Assembly: GCF_009914755.1 (NCBI RefSeq)
Contig: NC_060926.1
Reading direction: 5' to 3' (one strand)
DNA from: the human T2T-CHM13v2.0 reference genome, Homo sapiens
Length of the DNA: 64,000 bases
How positions within the stretch are numbered: position 1 is the first letter of the stretch; every line of letters starts with the position of its first letter. Below the pieces are notes generated by a model. It searched no databases. It was given only the letters and a program-made list of their open reading frames with translations, and was not told the origin of the DNA. This document shows, one piece after another, positions 42,801 through 58,100 of this stretch. The translations under genes were made by a program, and so were the position numbers.

Positions 42801-45800
42801 TCCATGCGAGTCCTTTCAATGATGACTCCATTCGATTCCATTCAATGAGTATGTTGTATTACATTCTTTGTTTTAATTTGATTATTTTTGAGGAAGATTC
42901 TATTCAATTTATTCGATGATCCCAGTCGATTCTCTTCAATGATGATTCCATTCAATTCCATTTGATGAAAATTCCATTCAATTCCATTCGATGATGATTC
43001 CATTCGATTCTATTCGATGCCGACTCTGTTCGATTCATTTGGATGATGATTCCATTCGATTCCATTTGATGATTCCATTCGATTCCATTCGATTTTGATT
43101 CCATTCGAGACCGTTCAATGATTCCATTGAATTCTATTCAATGGTGATTCCATTCGAGTCCATTCGATGATTCCATTCTAGTCCATTCTATGATTCCATC
43201 TGTTTCCATTCGATGATGATTCCATTCGAGCCCATTCGATGATTCCACTCGATTCCAATCCATGATGATTCCATTGAAGCACATTCGATGATTGTGTTCG
43301 TGTCCATTTGATGATTCCATTCGATTCCATTCGATTACGATTCCATTCAATTCAATTCGATGATGACTCTGTTCAGTTCCGTTTGATGATGAATCCATTC
43401 AATTCCTTGAAATGATGATTCCATTCAATTACATTCGATGATGATTCCATTCTATTCCATTTGATGATGACTCCGTTTGATTTCATTCGATGATTCTATT
43501 TGATTCCTTTCAATGATGATTCCATTCTCTTCCATGAAATGATTCCATATGATTCCATTCCATGATGATTCTATTTGATTCCATTTCATGTTGATTCCAT
43601 GTGATTCCATTCAGTGATGATTCCATTTGTGTCCATTCGATTTTCCATTTGATTCCATTCGATGATTATTCCATTCGTGTCCATTAGATGATTCCATTTG
43701 ATTCCATTTGATAATGATTCCATTCGGTGCCATTCAATTATTCCGTTTGATTTCATTCGATGATGATTCCATTGATTTCGCTTGATGATTCATTTCCATT
43801 CCATTCGATGATTATTCCATACGGGTCTATTCGATGATTCCATTCGATTCCATTCGATGATGACTCCATTCGTGTCCATTCCATGATTTAATGCAATTTC
43901 ATTTGATGATTATTACACTCGATTGTATTCGATGATTCCATTCAATTCCATTTTGTGATGATTCCATTCGAGTCCATTTGATGATTCCATTAGAGTACAT
44001 TTGATTATTCCGTTCAATTCCATTTGATGATGATTTCTTTAGACTCGATTCGGTGATACCATTCGATTCCATTCGATGGTGATTCCATTCGTGTCCATTC
44101 GATGATTCCACCTGATTCCATTCGATGATGATTCCTTTCGAGTCCATTCAGTGACTCCATTCAAGTCCATTTGATGATTCCATTTGATCCCATTCGATGA
44201 TGATTCCATTTGATCCCTTTCGATGATGATTCCAATCGAGACCATTCGATGATTTCATTTGATTCAATTTGATGATGATTCCATTCGAGTCCATTCAATG
44301 ATTCCATTTGATTTCATTCGATGATGATTCCATTTGTGTGCATTTGAGGCTTCCATTCGAATCCATTTGATGATTGATTGTTTCAATTATATTCGATTAT
44401 GATTCCATTTGCATCCATTCGTTGTTTCCATTCGATTCCATTCGATGATGATTCCATTCGGGTCCATTAGATGATTCCATTCGATTCCATTGGATGATGA
44501 TTCCATTCGAGTCCATACGATTATCCCATTAGATTCCATTTTATGATGTTTCCATTCAGGTACAGTAGATGATTCCATTCGATGATGTTTCTATTGCAGT
44601 CCATTAGATGATTCCATTCAATTCCATTAGATGATGATTCCATTCTATTCAATTCTATGGTGATTCCATTCGGATCCTTTTGATGATTCCTTTGGATACC
44701 ATTCGATGATGATTCCATTCTATTCCATTCGATGATGATTCCATTCGTGTAAATTAGATGATTCCATTCAATTCCATTTGTTGATTCTATTTGATTCCAT
44801 GCGATGATGATTCCATTCGATTCCATTCCATGATTCCATCCAATTGCATTCGATGATGATTCCATTCAAGTCCATTCGATGATTCCATTCTAGTACAATC
44901 GTTGATTCCATCCAATTCCATTTGATGTTCATTCCATTCGAGTCCTTTCGATGATTCCATTCGATTACAATCGATGAAAGATTCCATTCGAGTCCAGTAA
45001 ATGATTCCATTCGATTCCATTCATTGATGATTTCATTTGATTCCATTCGATGTTTCCATTCTATTCCATTCAATGATGATTCCATTCGATTCCATTCTAT
45101 GATTACATTCGATTTCATTCGTTGATGAATTCATACGAGTCCATTCGATGATTCCATAGATTCCATTCAATGATTATTCCATTCAACTCCATTCGATGAT
45201 TCGATTCGTTTCTATTTGATGATGATTCCATTGGATTTCATTCAATGATTCCATTCGATTCCATTCATTGTTGATTCCATTCGATTCCGTTCATTGATGA
45301 TTCTTTGGATTCCATTCAATGACGATTACATTCGACTCCATTCGATGATGATTCCATTCGATTTCTTTTGATGATTCCATTGGATTCTATTCGATGATTA
45401 TTCCATTCGTTTGCATTCAATGATTCCATCCGTTTCCATTCAATGATGACTCCATTCAATTCCATTCGATGATTCCATTCCATTCCATTCGATGATGATT
45501 CCATGTGATTCCATTCGAAGATTCCATTCTATTCCATTTAGTGATGATTCCAATCGATTCCATCCGATGATGATTTCATTAGATTCATTTAGATGATGAT
45601 TCCATCAGAGGCCATTCGATGATTCTTTAAGATTCCATTCAATGATGATCCAATTCGAGTCCATTCGCTGATTCCATTCGAGTCCCTTCATTGATTCCAT
45701 CCGATTCCATTTGATGATGATTCCTTTCGAGTCCATTCGATGATTCATATCGATTCCATTTGATGATTCCATTCGATTATTCCATTCGAGTCCATTCGAT

Positions 45801-48400
45801 TATTCCATTCGATTCCATTCTGTGATGATTCCAATCGATTCTATCTAATGACGATTTCATTAGATTACATTCAACGATGATTCCATTCCAGTCCATTCGA
45901 TGATTCTGTTTGATTCCATTCGATGATTATTGCATTAGCCTCCATTTGATATTCCATTTGAACCCCTTCGTTGATTCCATCCATATGCATTTGATGATGA
46001 TTCCATTGGAGTCTAATCAACGATTCCATTCGATACCATTTGATGATTCAATTCGAGTCCATTCGATTATTCCATTCATGTCCATTCGACGATTCCGTTT
46101 GACCCCATTCGATAATGATTCCATTCAATTCCATTTGATGATTCTGTTCATTTCCATTCGATGATTCCCTTCGATTTCTTTCGATGATAATTCCATATGA
46201 TACTATTCGATGATTCCATTCGATTCTATTCGATGATGATTCCTTTTGATTCCATTCGATGTTGTTTCCTTTCGATTCCACTCGATGATGATTCCATTTG
46301 ATTCCATTTGACGATGACTGCATTCGGTAACATTCTATGAAGAGTCAAACGGATTCCATTCGATTTCTCCATTCGATTCCATTCATTGATGTTTCCATTC
46401 GATTCCATTAGATGATAATTCCCTTAGATTCCATTCGATGATGATTCCATTCGATTCCATTCAATGATGATTCCATTTGATTCCATTCGAAGATTCCATG
46501 CGATTCCAATCGATGATGATTGCATTCGTGTCCCTGCGATTATTCCATTTGATTCCATTCAATGATGATTTCATTCGAGTCCATCCAACGATTCCATTCA
46601 AGTCCATTCCATGATTCCTTTTGATTCCATTCGATGATGATTCCATTTGAGTCCATTCGATGATGATTTCTTTCAGTTCAATTTGATGGTGAATCCATTG
46701 GATTCCATTCGATTATTCTATTCCATTCATTGATGATACCTTTCGATTCCATTCGATGATGTTTCCATTCGATTCCCTTCTTTCATGATTCCATTAGATT
46801 CCGTTCAATGATAATGCCATTTGACTCCATTTGAGGATGATTCCATTCGATGTCATTCGATGGTTCTATTCGATTCCATTCGATTTTGATTCCATTCGAT
46901 CACATATGATGTTTCCATTTGATTCCATTCCATGATGATTCCATTTGATTTCATTCCATGATTCCATTTGATTCCATTGCATGATGAGCCATTTGATTAA
47001 ATTCCATGATGATTCCATTTGATTCAATTCGATGATGTTTCCATTCGATTCTATTCGATGATGATTCCATTTGGTTAATTTCGATGATGTTTCCATTCGA
47101 TTCTATTCGATGATGATTCCATTTGAGTCTGTTCGATGATGATTCAATTCGATTTCATTCGATGCTTCTATTTGATTCCATTCGATGACTATTCCATCAG
47201 ATTCCATTTGATGATTCCACTCGATTCCACTCAGTGATGATACCATTTGATTCCGTCCAATGATGATTTCATTTCATTACATTTGATGATGATTCCATTC
47301 GAGTCCATTCAATGATTCCATTAGATTCCATTCTATGATGATTCCATTCGAGTCCATTCGATGATTCCTTTTGATTCCATTCGATGATGATTCCATTGAA
47401 TTCCATTCGATGATTCCATTTGATTCCATTCGTTGATGATTCCATTAGATTCCATTCAATGATGATTCCATTCGTGTCCACTTGACGATTCCATTCAGTT
47501 CCATTCAATGATTCCATCCGATTTCATTTGATGATGATTCCATTCGAGTCCATTCGATCATTCCATTCAATTCCATTTGTTGATTCCATTGAAGTCCATT
47601 CGATTATTCCATTCGAGTCCATTTGATGATTCCATTCGATTCCTTTTGATGATAATTGCATTCAAGTCCATTCGATGATGATTCCATTCGATTCTATTCG
47701 ATGATTCAGTTTGATTCTATTTGATGTTTCCCTTCGATTCCCTTCCATGATGACTCCATTCCATTCCATTTGATGTTTCCATTCAATTCTATTCCATGAT
47801 GATTCCTTTCGATGCTATTCGCTGATGATTCCATTCGATTCCATTAGGTGATGATTCCATTCAAGTCCATTAGATGTTTCATTTCGTTTCCACTCAAAGT
47901 TGATTCCATTTGAGTCCATTCCATGATTCCATTCATGGGCATTCCATGATTTCATTCGATTGCATTCGATGATGATTCCATTCGAGTCCATTTGAAGATT
48001 CCATTCCAGTCCATTAAATGATTCCATTCGATTCCATTCTATGATAACTCCATTCGAGTCCTTTCAATGATGATTCCATTGAACTCCATTCAATGAGTCT
48101 GTTGTACTCCATTCTTCGTTTTACTTTCATTCTATTTGATGATGATTGCATTCAATTCCATTCACTGATGACTCCATTCGATTGTATTCATGCCGATTTT
48201 ACTCGATTCCATTCGATGATGATTCCATTCAAGACCATTCGATGATACCATTCAATTCCATTCAATGATGATTCCATTCATGTCCATTAGATGATTCCAT
48301 TCGATTCCATTCAATTATTCCATTCGATTCCATTCGATCATGATTCCAATCGTGTCCATTAGATGATTCCATTCAAGTCCTTTTCAAGTCATCTAATTCC
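39802..48400 (-). repeat. Diverged older HSat2 layer, inverted
   Basis: CATTC orientation. Blocks are diverged reverse-complement homologs of parts of 17616-39804. Confidence 0.85.
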
Positions 48401-50450
48401 ATTCGATGATGATTCCATTTGTGTCCATTCAATGTTTTTGTTCCATTCCATTCAATGAGGATTCCCTTCAAATCCATTTGATGATTGTATTCAAGTCCAT
48501 TCAGTGATTGCTTACGATTCCATTCGATATTGATTCCCTTTGATTCCATTCGATGAGGATTCCATTCGATGTCATTCTAGGATTCCATTCCATTCCATTT
48601 GATGTTGATTGCATTTGATTCCATTTGATTATTCTATTTGATTATTTTTGATGACGATTCCATTCGATTCCATTCAGTGATTCCAGTTCATTACAGTTGA
48701 TGATGATTCCTTTCGATTCCATTCGATGATTCCATTTGATTCCAATCGATGATGATTCCATTCGAGTCCATTCGATGATTCCATTCGATTCCATTCAATG
48801 ATGATTCCATTCGAGTCCATTCAATGGTGATTCCATTGGATTCCATTCGGTGATGCCATTCGATTCCGTTCGATGATTGCATTCGATTCCATTTGATGAT
48901 TCCCTTCAATTCCATTCAAAGTTTATTCCATTCGAGTCCGTTTGATATTTCCATTCGATTCCATTCTCCGATGATTCCACTGGAGTCCGTTCGATGATTC
49001 CATTCAATTCCAGTTGATGATGATTCCATTCGAGTCCATTCAATGATTTCATTGGATTCCATTTGCTGATGACTCCTTCCGGTTCCATTCCATGATGATT
49101 CCATTCGGTTCCATTAGATAGGGATTCCATTCAAGTCCATTCGATGATTCCATTCGATTCCATTCAATGATGATTCCATTCCGGTCCATTCGATGTTTCC
49201 TTTCGATTCCAATTGATGTTGATTCCATTTCAGTCCATTTGATTATTCCCTTTGAATGCATTCCATGATTCCTTTCGATTCCATTTGATATTGCTTCCAT
49301 TCGAGTCCATTCGATGATTCCATTTGATTTCATTCAATGATGATTCAATTCAATTCCGTTCGATGATTCCATTTGATTCCATTCGATGACAACTCCATTC
49401 GAGTCCATTCGATGATTCCTTTCGAGTCCATTTGATGATTCTATTTGGTTCCATTCGATGATGATTCCTTTGAATTCCATTCGTTGATGATTCCATTCGA
49501 TTCCATTCGATGATGATTCCATTCAATTCCATCAGATGATGACTCCATTCGAGTGAATTCGATGTTCCCCATCAATTCCATTCAATGATGCTTCCATTCG
49601 AGGCTGTCTGATGACTCTATTCATTTCCATTCTACAATGATTCCCTTTGAGTCCTTTTGAAGATTTGATTCGAGTCCTTTCGATGATCCCATTCGATTCC
49701 ATTCGATGATGATTCCATTCGAGTCCATTTGACGTGTCCCTTCGAGTACATTTGATGATTCCATTCGAGTCCAACTGATGATTCCTTTCAATTCCATTCT
49801 GTGATGTTTCCGTATGATTCCATTCGATGATGATTCCATGTGATTCCTTTCGATGATGATTCATTTTAATTGCATTTGATTATGATTCATTTCCAGTTCA
49901 TTCGACGATTCCACACGATTCCATTCGATGATGATTCCATTCGAGTGTATTTGATGATTCCTTTCGATTCCATTAGAAGATGATTCCATTTGATTCCGTT
50001 CATTGCTGATCCCATTCATTTCAATTCAATGATTCCATTCCATTCCATTCAACAATGATTCCATTTGATTCCATTTGATGATTCCTTCCGCTTGATTCCA
50101 TTTGATGATGATTCCATTCGATTCCATTCGATGATGATTGCCTTCAATTCCATTCGATGATTCCATTCGATTCCATTCGATGACGATTTGGTTTGATTCC
50201 ATTTGATGATTCCATTCGAGTCCATTCGATGATTCCATTCGATTCCATTTGATGATGATTCCATTCGAGTCCATTCAATGATTCCATTCATTCGAGTCCA
50301 TTTGATGATTCCATTCGATTCCATTTTATGATTATTCCATTCGTGTCCATTAGATGATTCCATTCGAGTCCATTCAATAATTCCATTCAATTCCTTTCGA
50401 TGATTCCATTCGATTTCATTTGATGTTTCTATTCGAGTCCATTTGTTCAT

Positions 50451-53400
50451 TCATTCGTGTCCATTCGATGACTCCATTCGATTCCATTTGATGATGATCC
50501 CATTTGATGATGATTCCATTCGAGTCCATTTGATGACTCCATTTGATTCCATTCGATGATGATTCCATTCGTGTCCATTCAATGTTTTTATTCTATTCCA
50601 TTCAATGAGGATTCCCTTCATATCCACTTGATGATTGTATTCAAGTCCATTCAGTGATTGCTTTCGATTCCATTCGATATTGATTCCCTTTGATTCCATT
50701 CGATGAGGATTCCATTCGATGTCATTCTAGGATTCCATTCGATTCCATTCAATGATGATTCCCTTCGAGTCCATTAGAAGATTCCATAACATTCCATTCG
50801 ATGGTGATTCCTTTCCATTTCATTCAATGATTATATTCGATTCCATTCGATGATGATTCCTTTGATTCCATGACATGATTTCATAACATTCCATTCGATG
50901 GTGATTCCATTGGATTCCATTCGATGGTGATTCCATTTGATTTCATTCGATGAATCCTTTCATGTCCATTCGATGACACCGTTCGATTCCATTCGATGAT
51001 TTCATTCGTTTCCACTTGTTGATGATTCCATTCGATTCCATTCGATGATGATTCCATTCGATTCCCTTCATTGATGATTCGATTAGATTCCATTTGATGA
51101 TGATTCCATTCGAGTCCATTCAATGAAGATTCCATTCAATTCCATTTGATGATGATTCCACTTGACTCCATTCAATGATGATTCCATTCGATTCCATTCA
51201 AAGATTCAATTTGAGTCCATTCAATGTTTCCATTCGATTCCACTTGATGATGATTCCTTTCAAGTCCATTCAATGTTTCCATTAAATTCCATTCCTTAAT
51301 AATTCTTTCAACTCCATTCAATGATTCCATTCAGTTGTATTCGATGATTCCATACGATTTCATTCGATGATGATTCCATTTGAGTCCATTTGATGATTGC
51401 ATTAGATACCATTCGAGCATAATTCCTTTCGAGTCCATTCGATGATTCCATTCAATTCCATTCCATGATGATTCCATTTGATTCCATTCAATGATGATTC
51501 CATTCGAGTCCATTCTACGATTCCTTTCTATTCTATTCGTTGATTCCATTCAATTCCACTCGAAGATGATTGCATTCGACTACATTCGATGATTCCACTC
51601 GATTCCATCCGATGATTGGAGTCCATTCGGTGATTCCTTTAGATTCCACTCAAAGACGATTCCATTCAATTCCATTCCATGATACCATTCGATTCCATTC
51701 ATTGATGATTCCATTTGATTCCATTTGATGATTCCATTTTATTCCATTCGATGATGATTCCATTCCATTCCATTTGATGATTCCATTCCATTCCATTAGA
51801 TGTTGATTCTATTCGTGTCCACTTGATGATTCCCTTCTTTTCCGTTCGACGATGATTCCATTCGATTCCATTCGATGATTCCATTCGGTTCCATTCGATG
51901 ATTCCATTCGAGTACATTCGATGATTCCACTCGATTCCATACGATGATAATTCCATTGGAGTCCATTTGGCGATTCCTTTAGGTTCCACTCGAAGATGAT
52001 TCCATTTGATTCCATTTGATTATACCATTCGATTCCATTCATTGATGAGTCCATTCAAGTGCATTTGATGATACCATTCGATTCCATTCGATGATGATTC
52101 CATTCGTTTCCATTTGATTATTCCATTCTATTCCATTCAGTGATGATTCCATTAGAGTCAATTCGATGATTCCGTTGGAGTCCATTTGACGATGATTCCA
52201 TTCAGTGATTCCATTCAATTCTATTTGATAATGATTCCAATCGATTCCATTCGATGTTGATTCGATGGGATTCCATTCTATGATTTCATTCGATTGCATT
52301 AGACAATGACTCCATTCGATTCCATTTGATGATTCCATTCGATTCTATTTGATGATGATTCCATTCGATTCCATTTGATGATGATTGCATTCTATTCAAT
52401 TCGATGATGATTCCATTCGGGTCCATTAGATGATTCCATACGACTCCATTCGATGACGATTCCATTCTATTCCATTCAATGATGATTCCATTCGGGTCCA
52501 TTATATGATTCCATTCGATTCCATTCGATGATGATTCCTTTCGTGTCCATTCGATGATTCCATTCTTCTCCATTCGATGATGATTACATTCAAGTCTATT
52601 CGCTGATTCTATTAGAGTCCATTGAATGATTGCTTTTGATTCCATTCGATGCTGATTCCGTTCCATTCCATTCCATTCCATTCGATGATGATTCCATTCG
52701 ATACCATTCTATGATTCCTTTATATTCCATTTCATGCTGATTCCATTCAATTTCATTCAAAGATTCTATTCGAATCCATTCAATGATGATTCCATTCGAT
52801 TCCATTTGATGATTCCCTTTGATTTCACTGGATGATGATTCCATTTGATTCCATTTGGTGATTCCATTCAATGATGGTTCCAATCGAGTCCATTCAATGA
52901 TTCCTTTCTACTCTATTTGATGATGATTCCATGCGAGGGCACTCAATGGTGATTCCTTTGGATACCATTCGATGATTCCATTCGATTCCATTCAATGATG
53001 ATTGCATTCGATTCCATTCGATGATTCCATTTGATTCCATTCAAAGATGATTCCATTCGATTCCGTTTGATAATTCCATGCGATTCCATTCGATCGTTCC
53101 AATGGATTGCATTTGATGATGATTCCATTTGTGTCCATTCGATGATTCCTTTGAATTCCATCAGATGATGATTCCATTCGAGTGAATTTTGTGTTTCCAA
53201 TCAATTCCATTCAATGATGCTTCCATTCGAGGCTGTCTGATGACTCTATTCATTTCCATTCTACAATGATTCCCTTTGAGTCCTTTTGAAGATTTGATTC
53301 GAGTCCTTTCGATGATCCCATTCGATTCCATTCGATGATGATTCCGTTCGAGTCCATTTGACGCGTCCCTTCAAGTACATTTGATGATTCCATTCGAGTC

Positions 53401-54102
53401 CAACTGATGATTCCATTAAATTCCATTCTGTGATGTTTCCGTATGATTCCATTCGATGATGATTCCATGTGATTCCTTTCGATTATGATTCATTTTAATT
53501 GCATTTGATTATGATTCATTTCCAGTTCATTCGACGATTCCACACGATTCCATTCGATGATGATTCCATTCGAGTGTATTTGATGATTCCTTTCGATTCC
53601 ATTAGAAGATGATTCCATTTGATTCCGTTCATTGGTGATCCCATTCAATTCCATTCAATGATTCCATTCCATTCCATTCAACAGTGATTCCATTTGATTC
53701 CGTTTGATTATTCCTTCCGCTTGATTCCATTTGATGATGATTTCATTCGATTCCATTCGATGATGATTGCCTTCAATTCCATTCGATGATTCCATTCGAT
53801 TCCATTCGATGATGATTCGGTTTGATTCCATTTGATGATTCCATTCGAGTCCATTCGATGATTCCATTCGATTCCATTTGATGATGATTCCATTTGAGTC
53901 CATTCGATGATTCCATTCGAGTCCATTCAATGATTCCATTCATTCGAGTCCATTTGATGATTCCATTCGATTCCATTTTATGATTATTCCATTCGTGTCC
54001 ATTAGATGATTCCATTCGTGTCCATTCAATAATTCCATTCAATTCCTTTCGATGATTCCATTCGATTCTATTTGATGTTTCCATTCGAGTCCGTTTGTTC
54101 AT
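50451..54102 (-). repeat. HOR deletion variant, 3652 bp (G-A-B-C plus late F)
   Basis: Module-G ORF starts at 54102 and 50450. At ~50735-50760 the end of C joins mid-F (CCTAGAATGAC on the minus strand). Confidence 0.78.
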
Positions 54103-55139
54103 TCATTCATGTCCATTCGATGACTCCATTCGATTCCATTTGATGATGATCCCATTTGATGATGATTCCATTCGAGTCCATTTGATGACTCCATTTGATT
54201 CCATTCGATGATGATTCCATTCGTGTCCATTCAATGTTTTTGTTCTATTCCATTCAATGAGGATTCCCTTCAAATCCATTTGATGATTGTATTCAAGTCC
54301 ATTCAGTGATTGCTTTCGATTCCATTCGATATTGATTCCCTTTGATTCCATTCGATGAGGATTCCATTCGATGTCATTCTAGGATTCCACTCGATTCCAT
54401 TTGATGTTGATTGCATTTGATTCCATTTGATTATTCTATTCGATTATTTTTGATGACGATTCCATTCGATTCCATTCAGTGATTAGAGTTCATTACAGTT
54501 GATGATGATTCCTTTTGATTCCATTCGATGATTCCATTTGATTCCAATCGATGATGATTCCGTTCGAGTCCAGTCGATGATTCCATTCGATTCCATTCAA
54601 TGATGATTCCATTCGAGTCCATTCAATGGTGATTCCATTGGATTCCATTCGGTGATGCCATTCGATTCCGTTCGATGATTGCATTCGATTCCATTTGATG
54701 ATTCCCTTCGATTCCATTCAAAGTTTATTCCATTCGAGTCCGTTTGATAATTCCATTCGATTCCATTCTCCGATGATTCCACTGGAGTCCGTTCGATGAT
54801 TCCATTCAATTCCAGTTGATGATGATTCCATTCGAGTCCATTCAATGATTTCATTGGATTCCATTTGATGATGACTCCTTCCGGTTCCATTCCATGATGA
54901 TTCCATTCGGTTCCATTAGATAGTGATTCCATTCAAGTCCATTCGATGATTCCATTCGATTCCATTCGATGATGATTCCATTCCGGTACATTCGATGTTT
55001 CCTTTCGATTCCACTTGATGTTGATTCCATTTGAGTCCATTTGATTATTCCATTTGAATGCATTCCATGATTCCTTTCGATTCCATTTGATATTGCTTCC
55101 ATTCGAGTCCATTCGATGATTCCATTTGATTTCATTCAA

Positions 55140-58100
55140 TGATGATTCGATTCAATTCCGTCCGATGATTCCATTTGATTCCCTTCGATGACAACTCCAT
55201 TTGAGTCCATTCGATGATTCCTTTCGAGTCCATTTGATGATTCTATTTGGTTCCATTCGATGATGATTCCTTTGAATTCCATTCGTTGATGATTCCATTC
55301 GATTCCATTCGATGATGATTCCATTCAATTGCATTCAATGATGATTCCATTCGATTCCATTCGATGATGATTCCATTCGGTTTCATTCGATGATTCTATT
55401 CAATTCCTTTCTATGATTATTCAATTCTTTTCCATTTGATGATTCCATGTGATTCCATTTGATGATGATTCCATTCATTTGCATTCGATGATGATTCCAT
55501 TCAAGTCCATTCAAAGATTCCATTCGATTCCATTCTATGATGATTGCATTGGAGTTCATTTGATGATTCTGTTCGACTCCATTCGATGACGATTCCATTC
55601 GTTGATATTCAATGATTCTATTCGATTCCATTTGCTGATGATTCCATTCGACTCCATTCAATGATTCCATTAGATTCCATTCAATGAGGATTCCATTCGA
55701 GTCCATTTGATGATTCTGTTCAATTCCATTGGATGATGATTCCTCTCAAATCCATTTGATGATTCCATTCGAGTACATTCGATTATTCCATTTGATTTTA
55801 TTTGATGATGATTGCATTCGATGCCATTCTATGATTCCATTCGATTCCATTCAATGGTGATTCCATTCGATGCCATTTGATGATTCCATTCAATCCTATT
55901 TGATGATGATTCCATTCGTGTCCATTCAATGATTCCGTTCGTTTCCATTCGATGATGATTCCATTTGAATCCATTCGATGATTCCTATCGATTCCATTCG
56001 ATGTTGATTCCATGGGATCCCATTCTATGATTTCATTCGATTGCATTAGACAATGACTCCATTCGATTCCAGTTGATGATTCCATTCGATTCTATTTGAT
56101 GATGATTCCATTCGATTCCATTTGATGATGATTGCATTCTATTCAATTCGATGATGATTCCATTCGGGTCCATTAGATGATTCCATATGATTCCATTCGA
56201 TGATGATTCCATTATATTCCGTTCAATGATGATTACATTCCTGTCCATTATATGATTCCATTCGATTCCATTCGATGATGATTCCATTCGTGTCCATTCG
56301 ATGATTCCATTCTTCTCCATTTGATGATGATTACATTCAAGTCTATACGCTGATTCTATTAGAGTCCATTGAATGATTGCTTTTGATTCCATTTGATGCT
56401 GATTCCATTCCATTCCATTCCATTCCATTCGATGATGATTCCATTCGATACCATTCTATGATTCCTTTAGATTCCATTTCATGCTGATTCCATTCAATTT
56501 CATTCAAAGATTCTATTCGAATCCATTCAATGATGATTCCATTCGATTCCATTTGATGATTCCATTTGATTTCATTTGATGATGATTCCATTTGATTCCA
56601 TTTGGTGAATCCATTCAATGATGGTTCCATTCGAGTCCATTCAATGATTCCTTTCTACTCTATTTGATGATTATTCCATGCGAGGGCATTCAAAGGTGAT
56701 TCCTTTGGATACCATTCGATGATTCCATGCGATTCCATTCGATGATTCCATTTGATTCCATTCAAAGATGATTCCATTCGATTCCATTTGATAATTCCAT
56801 GCGATTCCATTTGATCGTTGCAATGGATTCCATTTGATGATGATTCCATTTGTGTCCATTCGATGATTCCATTCAATTCCATCAGGTGATGATTCCATTC
56901 GAGTGAATTCGATGTTTCCAATCAATTCCATTCAATGATGCTTCCATTCGAGGCTGTCTGATGACTCTATTCATTTCCATTCTACAATGATTCCCTTTGA
57001 GTCCTTTTGAAGATTTGATTCGTGTCCTTTCGATGATCCCGTTTGATTCCATTCGATGATGATTCCGTTCGAGTCCATTTGACGCGTCCCTTCGAGTACA
57101 TTTGATGATTCCATTCGAGTCCAACTGATGATTCCATTCAATTCCATTCTGTGATGTTTCCGTATGATTCCATTCAATGATGATTCCATGTGATTCCTTT
57201 CGATGATGATTCATTTTAATTGCATTTGATTATGATTCATTTCCAGTTCATTCGACGATTCCACACGATTCCATTCGATGATGATTCCATTCGAGTGTAT
57301 TTGATGATTCCTTTCCATTCCATTAGAAGATGATTCCATTTGATTCCGTTCATTGGTGATCCCATTCAATTCCATTCAATGATTCCATTCCATTCCATTC
57401 AACAATGATTCCATTTGATTCCATTTGATGATTCCTTCCACTTGATTCCATTTGATGATGATTCCATTCGATTCCATTCGATGATGATTGCCTTCAATTC
57501 CATTCGATGATTCCATTCAATTCCATTCGATGACGATTCGGTTTGATTCCATTTGATGATTCCATTTGAGTCCATTCGATGATTCCAATCGAGTCCATTC
57601 AATGATTCCATTCATTCGAGTCCATTTGATGATTCCATTCGATTCCATTTTATGATTATTCCATTCGTGTCCATTAGATGATTCCATTCGAGTCCATTCA
57701 ATAATTCCATTCAATTCCTTTCGATGATTCCATTCGATTCTATTTGATGTTTCCATTCGAGTCCATTTGTTCATTCATTCGTGTCCATTCGATGACTCCA
57801 TTCGATTCCATTTGATGATGATCCCATTTGTTGATGATTCCATTCGATTCCATTTGATGACTCCATTTGATTCCATTCGATGATGATTCCATTAGTGTCC
57901 ATTCAATGTTTTTGTTCTATTCCATTCAATGAGGATTCCCTTCAAATCCATTTGATGATTGTATTCAAGTCCATTCAGTGATTGCTTTCGATTCCATTCG
58001 ATATTGATTCCCTTTGATTCCATTCGATGAGGATTCCATTCGATGTCATTCTAGGATTCCACTCGATTCCATTTGATGTTGATTGCATTTGATTCCATTT

